From an uncultured Clostridia bacterium (GTDB lineage: Bacteria; Bacillota; Clostridia; Christensenellales; CAG-138), in assembly GCA_934633985.1 (NCBI GenBank), contig CAKTYU010000010.1:1185-65184 (forward strand): a DNA stretch of 64,000 nt, read 5' to 3'. Position numbers and translations under genes: made by a program. How positions within the stretch are numbered: the stretch's first letter is position 1; each line of letters starts with the position of its first letter. Below are positions 25,029-35,059 of the stretch, piece after piece. The notes under the pieces are model-generated. The model was not told the origin of the DNA and made no database searches. It saw only the letters and a program-made list of their open reading frames with translations.

Positions 25029-26906
25029 ATGAATGATATAATAGAGGAAAAATTAAAGCTGCTGCCCGATGAACCCGGCGTATATAAAATGTACGACGGC
25101 AGCGGTGAGATAATATATGTGGGCAAGGCCGTGAACCTGAAAAACAGGGTGCGGCAGTATTTTCAGCATACCCCGAAGCCTCCCAAGGTGGAGGCCATGG
25201 TTTCCCATATCGAGGATTTTCAGTATATCATAACATCTAACGAGACTGAGGCGCTGACGCTGGAGAGCAATCTCATAAAGGCGCTGATGCCGCGTTATAA
25301 CATACTTTTAAAGGACGATAAGCATTTTCCGTATGTAAGGCTGGATACAAAGCAGGATTTCCCGCGCTTTGAGGTCGTGCGCCGGGTAAAAAAGGACGGC
25401 GCAAGGTACTTCGGCCCCTATCTTTCCGCCGTAAGCCTGAAGGACGCGCTTACGGCGATACGGGATATATTCCCCGTCAGGCACTGCAAAAAGGACATAC
25501 GCAAGGCCATCGCCCGCAATGAGCGGCCCTGCCTCATGTACCATCTGGGCAAGTGCTGCGCCCCGTGCAACGGCAAGGTCACCCCCGAGGAATATCACAG
25601 GCTGCTGGAAAGCGTGAGCAGGTTCCTCGAGGGGCATACCGGCCCCATAATCGAGCTGCTTACGGAGCAGATGCAGGCCGCCTCAGAAAATATGGAATAT
25701 GAGAAGGCGGCGCAGCTTCGCGACAGGATAAGGGCCATAAGCAGCCTTGCGGAAAAGCAGCAGGCCATATCTGTAAGCGGCAGCGAAAGGGATATATTCG
25801 CATTCGTGAAGGATCGGGAGGACGCGGTGGTGTTCGCCCTATTTGAGCGGGGCGGCAAGATAATCTGGGCCGAGAGCATGGGCATAGCCTGCGGGGAAGA
25901 GACTGCGGGCGAGATAATGGCCTCCTTCCTGAAGCAGCACTATGCCGACGGCGCGCCGGTGCCTAAGGAGGTAGTGGTGCGGGACATGCCGGAGGAGCGG
26001 GAAGCGCTGTCCGAATGGCTCAGCGAGAGCCGCGGCAGCAAGGTGGAGATAATATGCCCCCAGCGGGGCGAAAAGAAAAAGCTCGCGGAAATGGCCTACC
26101 GAAACGGGGTCGAGGCCATACAGAAGGCGCGAGAGCTGGAGCACAGGAGCTGGGAGCGGGGCGAGGGCGCCATACTGCGCCTTTGCGAGATAATAGGGCT
26201 GGACGAGATACCCGAGCGCATGGAGTGCTACGACAACTCGCACATACGCGGGCGGGACACAGTATCCGGCATGGTGGTTTTCATAAACGGCAAAAGCGCG
26301 CCGAAGGAGTATCGCCGCTTCCGCATAAAAGAGGAGGCCAACGGAGACGACTACATGGCGATGCGGGAGGTGCTTACGCGGCGCTTCCAAAGGGCGAAGG
26401 ACGGTGACGAGAAATTTGCGCGGCTGCCAGACCTCCTGGTGGTGGACGGCGGCAGGGGGCAGCTCAACGTGGCGCTTGAGGTGCTGTATGGATTTGGCCT
26501 TTCCCACATCCCCGCCATAGGCCTTGCGGAGCAGAACGAGGACATAATACTGCCGGATAAGGAGGAGCCCATACGCCTTTCCAGCAGGGATCCGGCGCTG
26601 CATATACTGGAGCGCATAAGGGACGAGGCCCACAGGTTCGCCATAACATACCACAGGAGCCTGAGGGCGAAAAACGCATTGATGTCGGAGCTGGACGGCA
26701 TAGAGGGCATTGGCCCCAAGCGCAAGCGGGCCTTGTTCGACGCATTTATGACATCGGAAAACATAAGGAACGCATCAATAGAGGAGCTTTGCGGGGCAAA
26801 GGGCATGAGCAAGCCCGCAGCGGAAAAGGTATTCGCGCATTTTCACCCGGAGGCGCCGCAAAAAGAAGAAGGAAAGGACGATCAAAAGACATGTACAGGC
26901 TTATAG
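25029..26906 (+). CDS. uvrC: Excinuclease ABC subunit C
   Basis: GIY-YIG (PGVYKMY...IIYVGKAVNLKNRV), UVR domain (YEKAAQLRDRI), RNase H-like nuclease and C-terminal HhH. Start at MNDII (GGGAG 8 nt upstream). Confidence 0.95.
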   Translation: MNDIIEEKLKLLPDEPGVYKMYDGSGEIIYVGKAVNLKNRVRQYFQHTPKPPKVEAMVSHIEDFQYIITSNETEALTLESNLIKALMPRYNILLKDDKHFPYVRLDTKQDFPRFEVVRRVKKDGARYFGPYLSAVSLKDALTAIRDIFPVRHCKKDIRKAIARNERPCLMYHLGKCCAPCNGKVTPEEYHRLLESVSRFLEGHTGPIIELLTEQMQAASENMEYEKAAQLRDRIRAISSLAEKQQAISVSGSERDIFAFVKDREDAVVFALFERGGKIIWAESMGIACGEETAGEIMASFLKQHYADGAPVPKEVVVRDMPEEREALSEWLSESRGSKVEIICPQRGEKKKLAEMAYRNGVEAIQKARELEHRSWERGEGAILRLCEIIGLDEIPERMECYDNSHIRGRDTVSGMVVFINGKSAPKEYRRFRIKEEANGDDYMAMREVLTRRFQRAKDGDEKFARLPDLLVVDGGRGQLNVALEVLYGFGLSHIPAIGLAEQNEDIILPDKEEPIRLSSRDPALHILERIRDEAHRFAITYHRSLRAKNALMSELDGIEGIGPKRKRALFDAFMTSENIRNASIEELCGAKGMSKPAAEKVFAHFHPEAPQKEEGKDDQKTCTGL

Positions 26907-27691
26907 CGCTGGATATAGACGACACTATAACCCTCAACTCAAAAATAGTGCCGGATGAGATAATAGAGGCCGTAAAAAAGGCAAAGGAGCACGGCATACA
27001 CGTGACCGTAGCCACCGGGCGCGGCTGGCTGGGCTCAAAGCCCATAATAGATCAGCTCGACATAACCGATCCCGCCATAAACTACGGCGGCGCGATGATC
27101 ACCGAGCCGAGGACGGGCAAGGCCCTGCACGCCAATGAAATACCGCCGGAGCTCGTTACGGAGGTTCTCAGGGAGGCTAAGGCGCTGGGCATACACGCCC
27201 ATATATATCAGGGCGACGCCGTGATAGCCGAGGGGCCAAATCCCTATGTGGCAGGCTATACCGAAAAGCTGAGCCTGCCCCGTGAGTACGATCCGGACAT
27301 AATGAAAAAGGCCTGGCACAGCGTGCCAAAGGTGCTGATGATGACCACCGAGGAGAATGCGCAGCGGCTTATACCGGAGTTTCAGAAAAAATACGAGGGA
27401 AAGCTCAAGGTGTCCGGCTCCAGCAAGGGCTTTATAGAGTTCAACAACCCCGACGCCCACAAGGGCGCGGGCCTTGAATGGGTGGCGGGATACCTTGGCA
27501 TACCCCAAAAGGACACCGTGGCGGTGGGCGATAACTCGCTCGATCTGGAGATGATATGCTGGGCGGGCCTCGGCTGCGCCGTGGATAACGGGAAGCCGGA
27601 GGTCAAGGAAGCGGCGGATCTTGTGATACCCTCGTGCGCGGACTTCGGGGTGGCACAGCTCATCGAATGCATAATAAACGGCAGGGTATAG
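26891..27691 (+). CDS. Cof-type HAD-IIB family phosphatase
   Basis: LIALDIDDTI (DxDxT), ATGR, GDNSLDLEM. ATG at 26891 overlaps the uvrC end by 16 nt. The longer track ORF is in-frame upstream read-through. Confidence 0.88.
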   Translation: MYRLIALDIDDTITLNSKIVPDEIIEAVKKAKEHGIHVTVATGRGWLGSKPIIDQLDITDPAINYGGAMITEPRTGKALHANEIPPELVTEVLREAKALGIHAHIYQGDAVIAEGPNPYVAGYTEKLSLPREYDPDIMKKAWHSVPKVLMMTTEENAQRLIPEFQKKYEGKLKVSGSSKGFIEFNNPDAHKGAGLEWVAGYLGIPQKDTVAVGDNSLDLEMICWAGLGCAVDNGKPEVKEAADLVIPSCADFGVAQLIECIINGRV

Positions 27692-27707
27692 CCCTGCGGA
27701 GGACGGT

Positions 27708-28601
27708 ATGGCGGTAGAGGTAAGCGTAAGGGAAATATGCGGCGAGCTTGATATGACGGCCCTTGAGTCGGGCAGCGGGAGCATCAGCTTCCAGACCCCG
27801 GAGATAAGCCGGCCCGGCTTGCAGTTCACGGGCTTTTATGAGAAATTCTCACCGAAGCGGGTGCAGCTCATAGGCAACGCGGAGATGTACTATCTTTACA
27901 GCCTTACGCCGGAGCAGCTTGCGGACAGGATGGAGCGGTTCATGGGGCTGCGCGTCCCGTGCATAGTTTGCGCCAGGGGCAACAAGCCGCCGGAGATGCT
28001 GCTGGAAAAGGCGAGGCAGTACGGCGTGCCGGTGCTCATCGCAGACCGCACCACCGACAGGGTGGGCCACGAGATATCAAGCTTCATACAGAAAAAGCTG
28101 GCGCGGCGCATACTTCTCCACGGTGAGCTCATGGATGTATACGGGACGGGCGTGCTCATAAGGGGCGAGAGCGGCCTCGGCAAGAGCGAAACGGCGCTGG
28201 ACCTCATACAGAGCGGGCACAGGCTGGTGGCGGACGATGTGGTGGAGGTATCCCGCCTGGACGAGCGGCTGGTGGGCAGCGCCCCCAACGCCACAAAGCA
28301 CATAATGGATATACGCGGCATAGGCATAATCGACGTGCGGTACCTTTACGGCATGAGCGCCATACTGCCGGAGAAGGACATAGATTTGGTCGTAGACCTG
28401 AAAAATCTGGATGAATACCTAAATGCGGGGGAAAAGACCGCGGACACCATGGAAATACTCGGCCTGCCGGTCCCGCTTACGCCGCTGCCCATAAGCCCGG
28501 GCCGCAACGTCGCGGTGCTGGTGGAGGTGGCCGTTCGCAATTTCCGGCTCAAGCACATGGGCTTTGACTCTGAGCGCGAATTTGAACTGAAGCTGAAATA
28601 G
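27708..28601 (+). CDS. hprK: HPr kinase/phosphorylase
   Basis: GVLIRGESGLGKSETALDLI P-loop, LVADDVVEV, IRGIGIIDV signature. Confidence 0.93.
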   Translation: MAVEVSVREICGELDMTALESGSGSISFQTPEISRPGLQFTGFYEKFSPKRVQLIGNAEMYYLYSLTPEQLADRMERFMGLRVPCIVCARGNKPPEMLLEKARQYGVPVLIADRTTDRVGHEISSFIQKKLARRILLHGELMDVYGTGVLIRGESGLGKSETALDLIQSGHRLVADDVVEVSRLDERLVGSAPNATKHIMDIRGIGIIDVRYLYGMSAILPEKDIDLVVDLKNLDEYLNAGEKTADTMEILGLPVPLTPLPISPGRNVAVLVEVAVRNFRLKHMGFDSEREFELKLK

Positions 28602-28619
28602 CTTAGGAGGGGGAAATAT

Positions 28620-29570
28620 ATGTATCAGGTAGGAGTGGATATAGGCGGCACCAACATCGCCATGGGGCTTGTGGACGAGGCGCTGGACGTAGTGCAGCGC
28701 AGGAGCATGCCCTTTGAGGTAGAGGGCGGCGGGGAGCGCACGGCGGAGATAATATACGAGGGCGTGCTCGCGATGCTGAAGGAGCAGGGCGCAGAGACGG
28801 CCGACCTGGACAGCGTGGGCGTGGTGGTTCCGGGCAGCATAGACCCCGCCGGCAGCGTGATAATAAACGCATACAACCTGAACTTTCACAACGAGCCGCT
28901 TAAGGCTAAAATAAAAAAGCATTTCGGCGACATACCGGTGTTCCTCGCAAACGACGCGGACGGCGCGGCCCTTGCGGAGCTTCACAAGGGGGCCTTCGTG
29001 GGCTGCCGCACAGCCGTGCTGTTTACCCTTGGCACCGGTGTGGGCGGCGGCCTCATACTGGGCGGCAGGATGTTCCACGGCGGCCTGGGCAACGGCTGCG
29101 AGCTGGGCCATGCGCTGCTGGTGAGCGGCGGCGAGCCGTGCACCTGCGGAAATAAGGGCTGCATAGAGGCGTACTGCTCCGCCACCGCAATAATACGGGA
29201 CGCGGTAAGGGCCATGGAAAAGCACCCCGAAAGCCTGCTCTTTGAGCGCACCATGGGCAAGGCCGAGCGAATGAATGCCAAGACCGCCATAGACTGCGCC
29301 AAGGAGGGGGACAGCGCCGCCTTGGAGGTATTTAATAATTTCGTGGATCACTTGGGCTCCGCGGTGGCCTCTATGATAAACCTGCTGGACTGTGAGCGGG
29401 TGGCAATAGGCGGCGGGGTTTCCGCCGCAGGGGAATTTCTCTTTGAACCTCTCAGAAAAAACGTACACGCGAAGAGCTTCTTTGAAAACCACGGCAGTGT
29501 AGTTCCGGCCGTGATGGGCAACGACGCAGGCATAATAGGCGCCGCGATGCTCAGGCGCAACGAAAAATAA
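28620..29570 (+). CDS. ROK family sugar kinase (glucokinase-like)
   Basis: VGVDIGGTNIA ATP motif. ROK zinc motif CTCGNKGCIEAYCS. Confidence 0.88.
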   Translation: MYQVGVDIGGTNIAMGLVDEALDVVQRRSMPFEVEGGGERTAEIIYEGVLAMLKEQGAETADLDSVGVVVPGSIDPAGSVIINAYNLNFHNEPLKAKIKKHFGDIPVFLANDADGAALAELHKGAFVGCRTAVLFTLGTGVGGGLILGGRMFHGGLGNGCELGHALLVSGGEPCTCGNKGCIEAYCSATAIIRDAVRAMEKHPESLLFERTMGKAERMNAKTAIDCAKEGDSAALEVFNNFVDHLGSAVASMINLLDCERVAIGGGVSAAGEFLFEPLRKNVHAKSFFENHGSVVPAVMGNDAGIIGAAMLRRNEK

Positions 29571-29597
29571 TTAAAAAATATAAAAGGCGGTGAGATT

Positions 29598-30392
29598 ATG
29601 ATACCGACCCTCTCGATTGTTTTTATGGCTATATCAGCCCTTGTGAGCATAGGCCTGCCTATAGCGCTGGGCATAATATGGCATAAGCGCACCGGCGCGA
29701 AGGCTTCATCGCTGTTCATCGGCGCAGCTGCGTTTGTGGTGTTTGCCATGATATTGGAAAATATTTGCCACAGGCTCGTGCTGTACGGCAGCGGCTCCTG
29801 TGCTGCCTTCATGCAGTCCAACCTGTGGGCGTATGGACTGTACGGCGCTCTGGCGGCGGGTGTGTTTGAGGAGACGGGACGGTTATGTGCCTTTAAGCTG
29901 TTTTTTAAGAAGAAGGACGACAGATGTGAGGGCGTTATGTACGGTATAGGGCATGGCGGCGTGGAGGCGGTGCTGGTCTCCGGCCTCACCATGATAAGCT
30001 ATATTGCGATCTCCATAATAATCAACGCCTCCGGCGGCATGGCGGGCATTACCGTTCTCGGCATCGGCGAGGATACGGCCGCCGTGCTGATGGACGCGTT
30101 TACCGGAGCTGAACCGGGCATGTACCTCGTGAGCGGTATTGAACGTACCATAGCCATAGCCTTCCATATTTCAATGTCGGTGCTGGTATTCGCCGCGGTG
30201 AAGCAGGAGGGCAAGGGCTGGTATTATCCCCTCGCCATAGGGCTGCACGCGCTGATCGACCTTGGCGCAATGGCCTATCAGACGGGCTTCATAAAGAGCA
30301 TTATCGCCACTGAGTGCTATGTGCTGGTCTGTGCGGCGCTGTGCGCGCTGCTCGCAGTCAAGGCGTATAGGGGGATGGCGGCGGACCTATAA
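29598..30392 (+). CDS. YhfC-family intramembrane metalloprotease-like membrane protein
   Basis: 264 aa polytopic. FEETGR and GIGHGGVEA motifs typical of YhfC. Confidence 0.75.
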   Translation: MIPTLSIVFMAISALVSIGLPIALGIIWHKRTGAKASSLFIGAAAFVVFAMILENICHRLVLYGSGSCAAFMQSNLWAYGLYGALAAGVFEETGRLCAFKLFFKKKDDRCEGVMYGIGHGGVEAVLVSGLTMISYIAISIIINASGGMAGITVLGIGEDTAAVLMDAFTGAEPGMYLVSGIERTIAIAFHISMSVLVFAAVKQEGKGWYYPLAIGLHALIDLGAMAYQTGFIKSIIATECYVLVCAALCALLAVKAYRGMAADL

Positions 30393-30485
30393 ATTTGCCC
30401 GCCGGCGTCGTGTCGGGTAATCTCCGCGACCCGCCGAAATCATAAATGTAAGATAAAAAGCAGAAAAGGACAGCTTCCGTTTATT

Positions 30486-31715
30486 ATGAAACAAGCAAGA
30501 AACTTCCCCGCGGCGGCGATAACAAAAAAAGCAGAAAGCTCACTCCGGCTGGGCCACCCATGGGTATACGACGCCGAGGTGCTCTCCCTTGAGGGCGAGC
30601 CCGAAAACGGCTCCCTTGTGGACGTGTTCTCAGAAAAGGGCGCATATCTCGGCACCGGCTTTATAAGCTATAAGAGCAAAATACGCATACGTCTCCTTTC
30701 CTCCAACGCAAACGAGACCTTTGGGGAGGATTTCTTCGCCCGCAGGATACAGTACGCCTTAGCGTACAGGAGGACCGTAATGGGCCCCGCCGATTACCGC
30801 TGCTGCCGGCTGGTGTTCGGCGAGGCGGACGGGCTGCCCGGCCTTACCGTGGACCGCTATGAGAATGTCCTCGTCGCCCAGGTGCTTTCCATGGGCATGG
30901 AAAGGGTAAAGGACGCCGTATATCGCCAGCTCGTAAAGCAGCTCGCACAGGAAAGCGTAAACGTTGCCGGCATATTCGAGCGCAACGACGTAGCTATCCG
31001 TGAGCTCGAGGGCCTGGATAGAGGCAAGGGCTGGTACTTGGCTAATTATCTGCCCCAGCCTCCCTCCCCTATCACCGGGATAACCGAAAACGGCATACAG
31101 TACGAGGTAGATGTGGAGAACGGGCAAAAGACCGGCTTCTTCCTCGATCAAAAATACAACCGCCAGGCCGTGGCAAAGATCGCCGCGGGCAAAAACGTTC
31201 TGGACTGCTTTACGCACACCGGCTCCTTCGCCCTAAACGCGGCGCTGGGCGGCGCCAAGCGGGTCACCGCCGTGGATGTGTCGGATACCGCCATAGAGAT
31301 GGCAAGGCTTAACGCAAGGCGCAACGGCCTTATCCACAATATGGATTTCATCGCGGCGGACGTGTTCGACCTGCTTCCTGAGCTTTGCAGCAAGCATGCG
31401 GATTACGACTTCATAATACTCGACCCTCCCGCGTTCACCAAGAGCCGCAGGGCCATAAAGGGGGCGGAGCGCGGCTATAAGGAGATAAACTTCCGAGCTA
31501 TGAAGCTGCTGCCCCGGGGCGGCTATCTCGCCACCTGCTCCTGCTCGCACTTTATGGATAACGGGCTTTTCATCAAGATGGTGCAGTCCGCGGCCCGGGA
31601 CGCAAACGTTTCCCTAAAGCTCATAGAAGCCCGCAGGCAGTCCCCCGACCACCCCACCCTTATGAACGTGCCGGAAACCGACTATCTGAAATTTTACCTG
31701 TTCCAGCTCGTATAA
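30486..31715 (+). CDS. Class I SAM-dependent rRNA methyltransferase (RlmI/RlmK-like, PUA + MTase)
   Basis: LRLGHPWVYDAEV PUA-type N-terminus, GFFLDQ, VLDCFTHTGSF SAM motif, ILDPPAF. Confidence 0.88.
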   Translation: MKQARNFPAAAITKKAESSLRLGHPWVYDAEVLSLEGEPENGSLVDVFSEKGAYLGTGFISYKSKIRIRLLSSNANETFGEDFFARRIQYALAYRRTVMGPADYRCCRLVFGEADGLPGLTVDRYENVLVAQVLSMGMERVKDAVYRQLVKQLAQESVNVAGIFERNDVAIRELEGLDRGKGWYLANYLPQPPSPITGITENGIQYEVDVENGQKTGFFLDQKYNRQAVAKIAAGKNVLDCFTHTGSFALNAALGGAKRVTAVDVSDTAIEMARLNARRNGLIHNMDFIAADVFDLLPELCSKHADYDFIILDPPAFTKSRRAIKGAERGYKEINFRAMKLLPRGGYLATCSCSHFMDNGLFIKMVQSAARDANVSLKLIEARRQSPDHPTLMNVPETDYLKFYLFQLV

Positions 31716-31795
31716 AAAAAGCACACCCGCCGCCCCTCGCGCATACCTTGGCAGTATAAAGCGCGGAAAACGCGCGATATCAGCGAGGTGCAAAA

Positions 31796-32593
31796 ATGAG
31801 AATATTACAACGTGGTGACACCGGCAGCGATGTGCGTACCGTCCAGACCGCCCTCACCCGCGCGGGATATGCCCCGGGCAGGATAGACGGCATATTCGGC
31901 TCCAACACAGAGCGGGCGGTGAAGCAGTTTCAGCGGGTGCTCGGGCTCAGGCAGGACGGCATAGTGGGCCCGCGGACATGGGAATTTTTACAGCCCTTCG
32001 CCTTTGAGAGCGACCCGGACGTGCTGCGCCGGGGCAGCAGGGGCGACATGGTAAGGCTCCTCCAGCAGGCGCTGGAGGCCTCCGGCAACTCTCCGGGTAC
32101 CATAGACGGCCTTTTCGGCACAAAGACGCAGGCGGCCCTGCGCGCCTTCCAGCGCTCGGCCCGGCTTCCGGCCACCGGCGTAGCCAACAGGGATACCTGG
32201 CTGGCGATAGCCCCCTTTATCAACTACGACAGCATATACCTCAGGCGCGGGGACAGGGGCATTTTAGTAGTGATACTGCAAACCGCCCTGCTCAACGCCG
32301 GCTTCGATCCCGGCGCTATAGACGGCAGGTTCGGCCCCCGCACCTACAACGCGCTGACGGCATTCCAGAGGTCGAGGGGCCTTTCACCGGACGGCATAGC
32401 GGGCAGACGCACCTGGGCGCGGCTCAGGCCCTACCTCTCCGGCGGCGTAATGACCTACATAATCAAGCCCGGCGATACCCTCTCCTCCATAGCGCGGCAG
32501 TTTGACACCACGGTGGAGGAGCTTGTGCGCCTGAACAACATTTCAGATCCTAATCTCATAATCGCCGGCGAAACGCTGCTTATCCCTGTGTAA
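31796..32593 (+). CDS. Peptidoglycan-binding protein: 3 tandem PG_binding_1 repeats + C-terminal LysM, no signal peptide
   Basis: Three ~70-aa repeats (L.RG..G..V..LQ.AL...G..PG.IDG.FG..T..A...FQ). LysM YIIKPGDTLSSIARQFDTTVEELVRLNN. Confidence 0.85.
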   Translation: MRILQRGDTGSDVRTVQTALTRAGYAPGRIDGIFGSNTERAVKQFQRVLGLRQDGIVGPRTWEFLQPFAFESDPDVLRRGSRGDMVRLLQQALEASGNSPGTIDGLFGTKTQAALRAFQRSARLPATGVANRDTWLAIAPFINYDSIYLRRGDRGILVVILQTALLNAGFDPGAIDGRFGPRTYNALTAFQRSRGLSPDGIAGRRTWARLRPYLSGGVMTYIIKPGDTLSSIARQFDTTVEELVRLNNISDPNLIIAGETLLIPV

Positions 32594-32598
32594 AGCGC

Positions 32599-32630
32599 AA
32601 AAAGAGAAGGCCCTCCGCCTTCTCTTTTTT
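32599..32630. terminator. Bidirectional terminator between convergent genes
   Basis: AAAAAGAGAAGGC-CCTCC-GCCTTCTCTTTTTT: perfect stem flanked by A- and T-runs. Confidence 0.7.
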
Positions 32631-32638
32631 ATACCGTT

Positions 32639-34156
32639 TTATTCGCCCGCGCCGTCGTCCGTGGGCTTGGGCCTGTCTATGCGGCCGTAAATGCGCGCCG
32701 CGTCGTATATCCTGTCCGCAAGGGCGTCCGTCAGCTCGCCGCTGAGCAGCCTCCATTCCCAATTTCCGCCGAGGGTACTGGGCGTGTTCATGCGGCAGCC
32801 CGCGCCCAGCTCAAGGTAGTCCTGCATCTGCGCCACGAAGAGCCGCGCCACAGAGCCCATCCCTCCCCTTATCATGCCCCAGTTGAAGCCCTCTTCTTTG
32901 TTCAGGCCGAGGTATTTTTCACAGTAGGCTATATCCGCCGGATCGGCCTCCTCGCGCCACAGCGCTATGGGGCTGTTGTCGTGCGTGCCGGTATAGCAGG
33001 TGCAGTTCTCGGTGTAGGCGTGGGGCAGGTATTCGCTGGGCTCGCGGGAATCGAAGGCAAATTCCAGCACCTTCATGCCGGGAAAGCCCGATTTTTTCAA
33101 GAGCTTCTCCACATCCGGCGTTGCATAGCCCAGATCCTCCGCTATGAACTCCAAGCCGTGGAACCACCCCTTTAAGGCGTTGACCAGCGCTATGCCGGGG
33201 CCGGAGCGCCATTTGCCGTTTTTCGCTGTGGTCTCGCCATAAGGCACGGCCCAATAGCTTGCAAGGCCCCTGAAGTGGTCTATGCGTATCACGTCATACA
33301 TCTTGCCCGCGCCGTCTATTCGGCGTATCCACCAGCCGAAGCCGTCCGACTGCATCTTATCCCAGTCGTACAACGGGTTGCCCCAAAGCTGTCCCTCGGC
33401 GCTGAAGTCGTCCGGCGGCACGCCGGATACCTCTGTCGGCAGGTTCTTTTCGTCAAGCTGGAAGAACTCCGGCTCCGCCCACACGTCAGCAGAATCCATG
33501 GCGACGTATATGGGTATGTCGCCTATTATGCCTATGCCCAAGGCGTTTATGTATGCCTTAAGCCTCGTCCACTGCTCAAAGAACAGGTACTGGATATAGG
33601 TGAAAAGCTCTATATCCTCGCGGAGCAGCCCGCGGTATTTCGCCATTGCCTCGGGCTTTCTCAGCCGTATATCCTCGTCCTCCCACTCCGTCCATGACCT
33701 CATGCCGAAGTGCCGCTTGAGCGCCATGAACAATGCGTAATCCCCGAGCCAGCGGCTGTTCTCCGCGGCAAAGGCGTCCACCCTCTGCCTGTCCCGCTGC
33801 CAGCCCCGCTCCTTGGCTTTTGAAAGCACGCCGAGGCGGCTTTCGTATATCCTTCCATAGTCCACATACCGCGGCTCCGTGCCCCAGTTTATGCCGGCTA
33901 CCTCGTCCCTCCTTAGCAGGCCGTCCTCTATGAGCATATCGAGGTCGATAAAGTAAGGGTTGCCCGCAAAGGTGGAAAAGCTCTGATAGGGCGAGTCGCC
34001 GTAGCTGGTGGGGCCTATCGGCAGCATCTGCCAATAGCGCTGCCCCGCCCGGTGGAGAAAATCCGCAAATTCGTATGCCGCCTTGCCCATTGTGCCTATG
34101 CCATAGGGCGAGGGCAGCGATAATATTGGCATAAGTATGCCGCTGCTGCGTTTCAT
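32639..34156 (-). CDS. malQ: 4-alpha-glucanotransferase (amylomaltase, GH77)
   Basis: MKRSSGILMPILSLPSPYGIG, GDSPYQSFS, IGDIPIYV, RIDHFRG, AEDLG, TGTHDN catalytic signatures. ATG 34154-34156 preferred over the TTG track start. Confidence 0.92.
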   Translation of the reverse strand: MKRSSGILMPILSLPSPYGIGTMGKAAYEFADFLHRAGQRYWQMLPIGPTSYGDSPYQSFSTFAGNPYFIDLDMLIEDGLLRRDEVAGINWGTEPRYVDYGRIYESRLGVLSKAKERGWQRDRQRVDAFAAENSRWLGDYALFMALKRHFGMRSWTEWEDEDIRLRKPEAMAKYRGLLREDIELFTYIQYLFFEQWTRLKAYINALGIGIIGDIPIYVAMDSADVWAEPEFFQLDEKNLPTEVSGVPPDDFSAEGQLWGNPLYDWDKMQSDGFGWWIRRIDGAGKMYDVIRIDHFRGLASYWAVPYGETTAKNGKWRSGPGIALVNALKGWFHGLEFIAEDLGYATPDVEKLLKKSGFPGMKVLEFAFDSREPSEYLPHAYTENCTCYTGTHDNSPIALWREEADPADIAYCEKYLGLNKEEGFNWGMIRGGMGSVARLFVAQMQDYLELGAGCRMNTPSTLGGNWEWRLLSGELTDALADRIYDAARIYGRIDRPKPTDDGAGE

Positions 34157-34192
34157 TATAGTCAATAGTCCTCTTAGATATTCAGTTTATTT

Positions 34193-35059
34193 TTATCCCT
34201 TTACGGCGCCCGCCGCAACGCCCTTTATTATGTACTTCTGACAGGTCAGATAGAACACTATCACCGGCACTATGCTGAGCATTATAAGGGCCATGGTAGC
34301 TCCGAGATCCACGGTGCCGTAGCTGCCCTTCAGGTACTGTATATGTATGGGCACGGTGCGGTATTTGTTTATATCCAGCACGAGATACGGCAGGAGGTAG
34401 TCGTTCCACACCCACATTATCTCTAACACGCCCACGGAGATCATGGTGGGCTTAAGCATCGGGAACACCACCCGGAAAAACGTCCGCAGCGGGCCGCAGC
34501 CGTCTATGGCCGCCGCCTCTTCGATCTCCAGCGGCAGCGCCTTCACAAACCCAGTAAACATGAATACCGCAAGCCCCGCGCCGAAGCCCAGATACACCAC
34601 GGGTATCGTCCAGGGGGTATTCAGCTTGAGCGTATCCGCCGTCTTAGCCAGCGTAAACATGACCATCTGGAAGGGCACCACCATGGAGAATACGCACAGG
34701 TAGTACACAATCTTGCTGAACAGGCTGCCCACCCGCGCTATGTACCATGCCGCCATAGAGGTGCATATAAGTATGAGCGCCGAGGATACTATTGTGACAA
34801 ACAGGCTGTACAGGGCGGATTTCACGAAGGGGTAATTGCCGAAGGTCATGCCGGTCTTATAGTTGTCCAGCCCCACGAAGGACTTGGCGTTCGGCAACGC
34901 GAAGGTCTCCATATTCACGTATGAATTGGACTTTAGCGAGTTTATGAGCACCAGCACTATGGGCAGCACATAGAATATGGCTATCACCGCGAAGGTAAAG
35001 GTTAGTATGCGCTTTCCGCGCTGCTCCTGGGAGAGAGTTTCGACGTGCTTTGACATCAC
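34193..35059 (-). CDS. Carbohydrate ABC transporter permease (MalG-like)
   Basis: EAA loop LEIEEAAAIDGCGPLRTFFRVVFP. 6 TM. Confidence 0.9.
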   Translation of the reverse strand: MMSKHVETLSQEQRGKRILTFTFAVIAIFYVLPIVLVLINSLKSNSYVNMETFALPNAKSFVGLDNYKTGMTFGNYPFVKSALYSLFVTIVSSALILICTSMAAWYIARVGSLFSKIVYYLCVFSMVVPFQMVMFTLAKTADTLKLNTPWTIPVVYLGFGAGLAVFMFTGFVKALPLEIEEAAAIDGCGPLRTFFRVVFPMLKPTMISVGVLEIMWVWNDYLLPYLVLDINKYRTVPIHIQYLKGSYGTVDLGATMALIMLSIVPVIVFYLTCQKYIIKGVAAGAVKG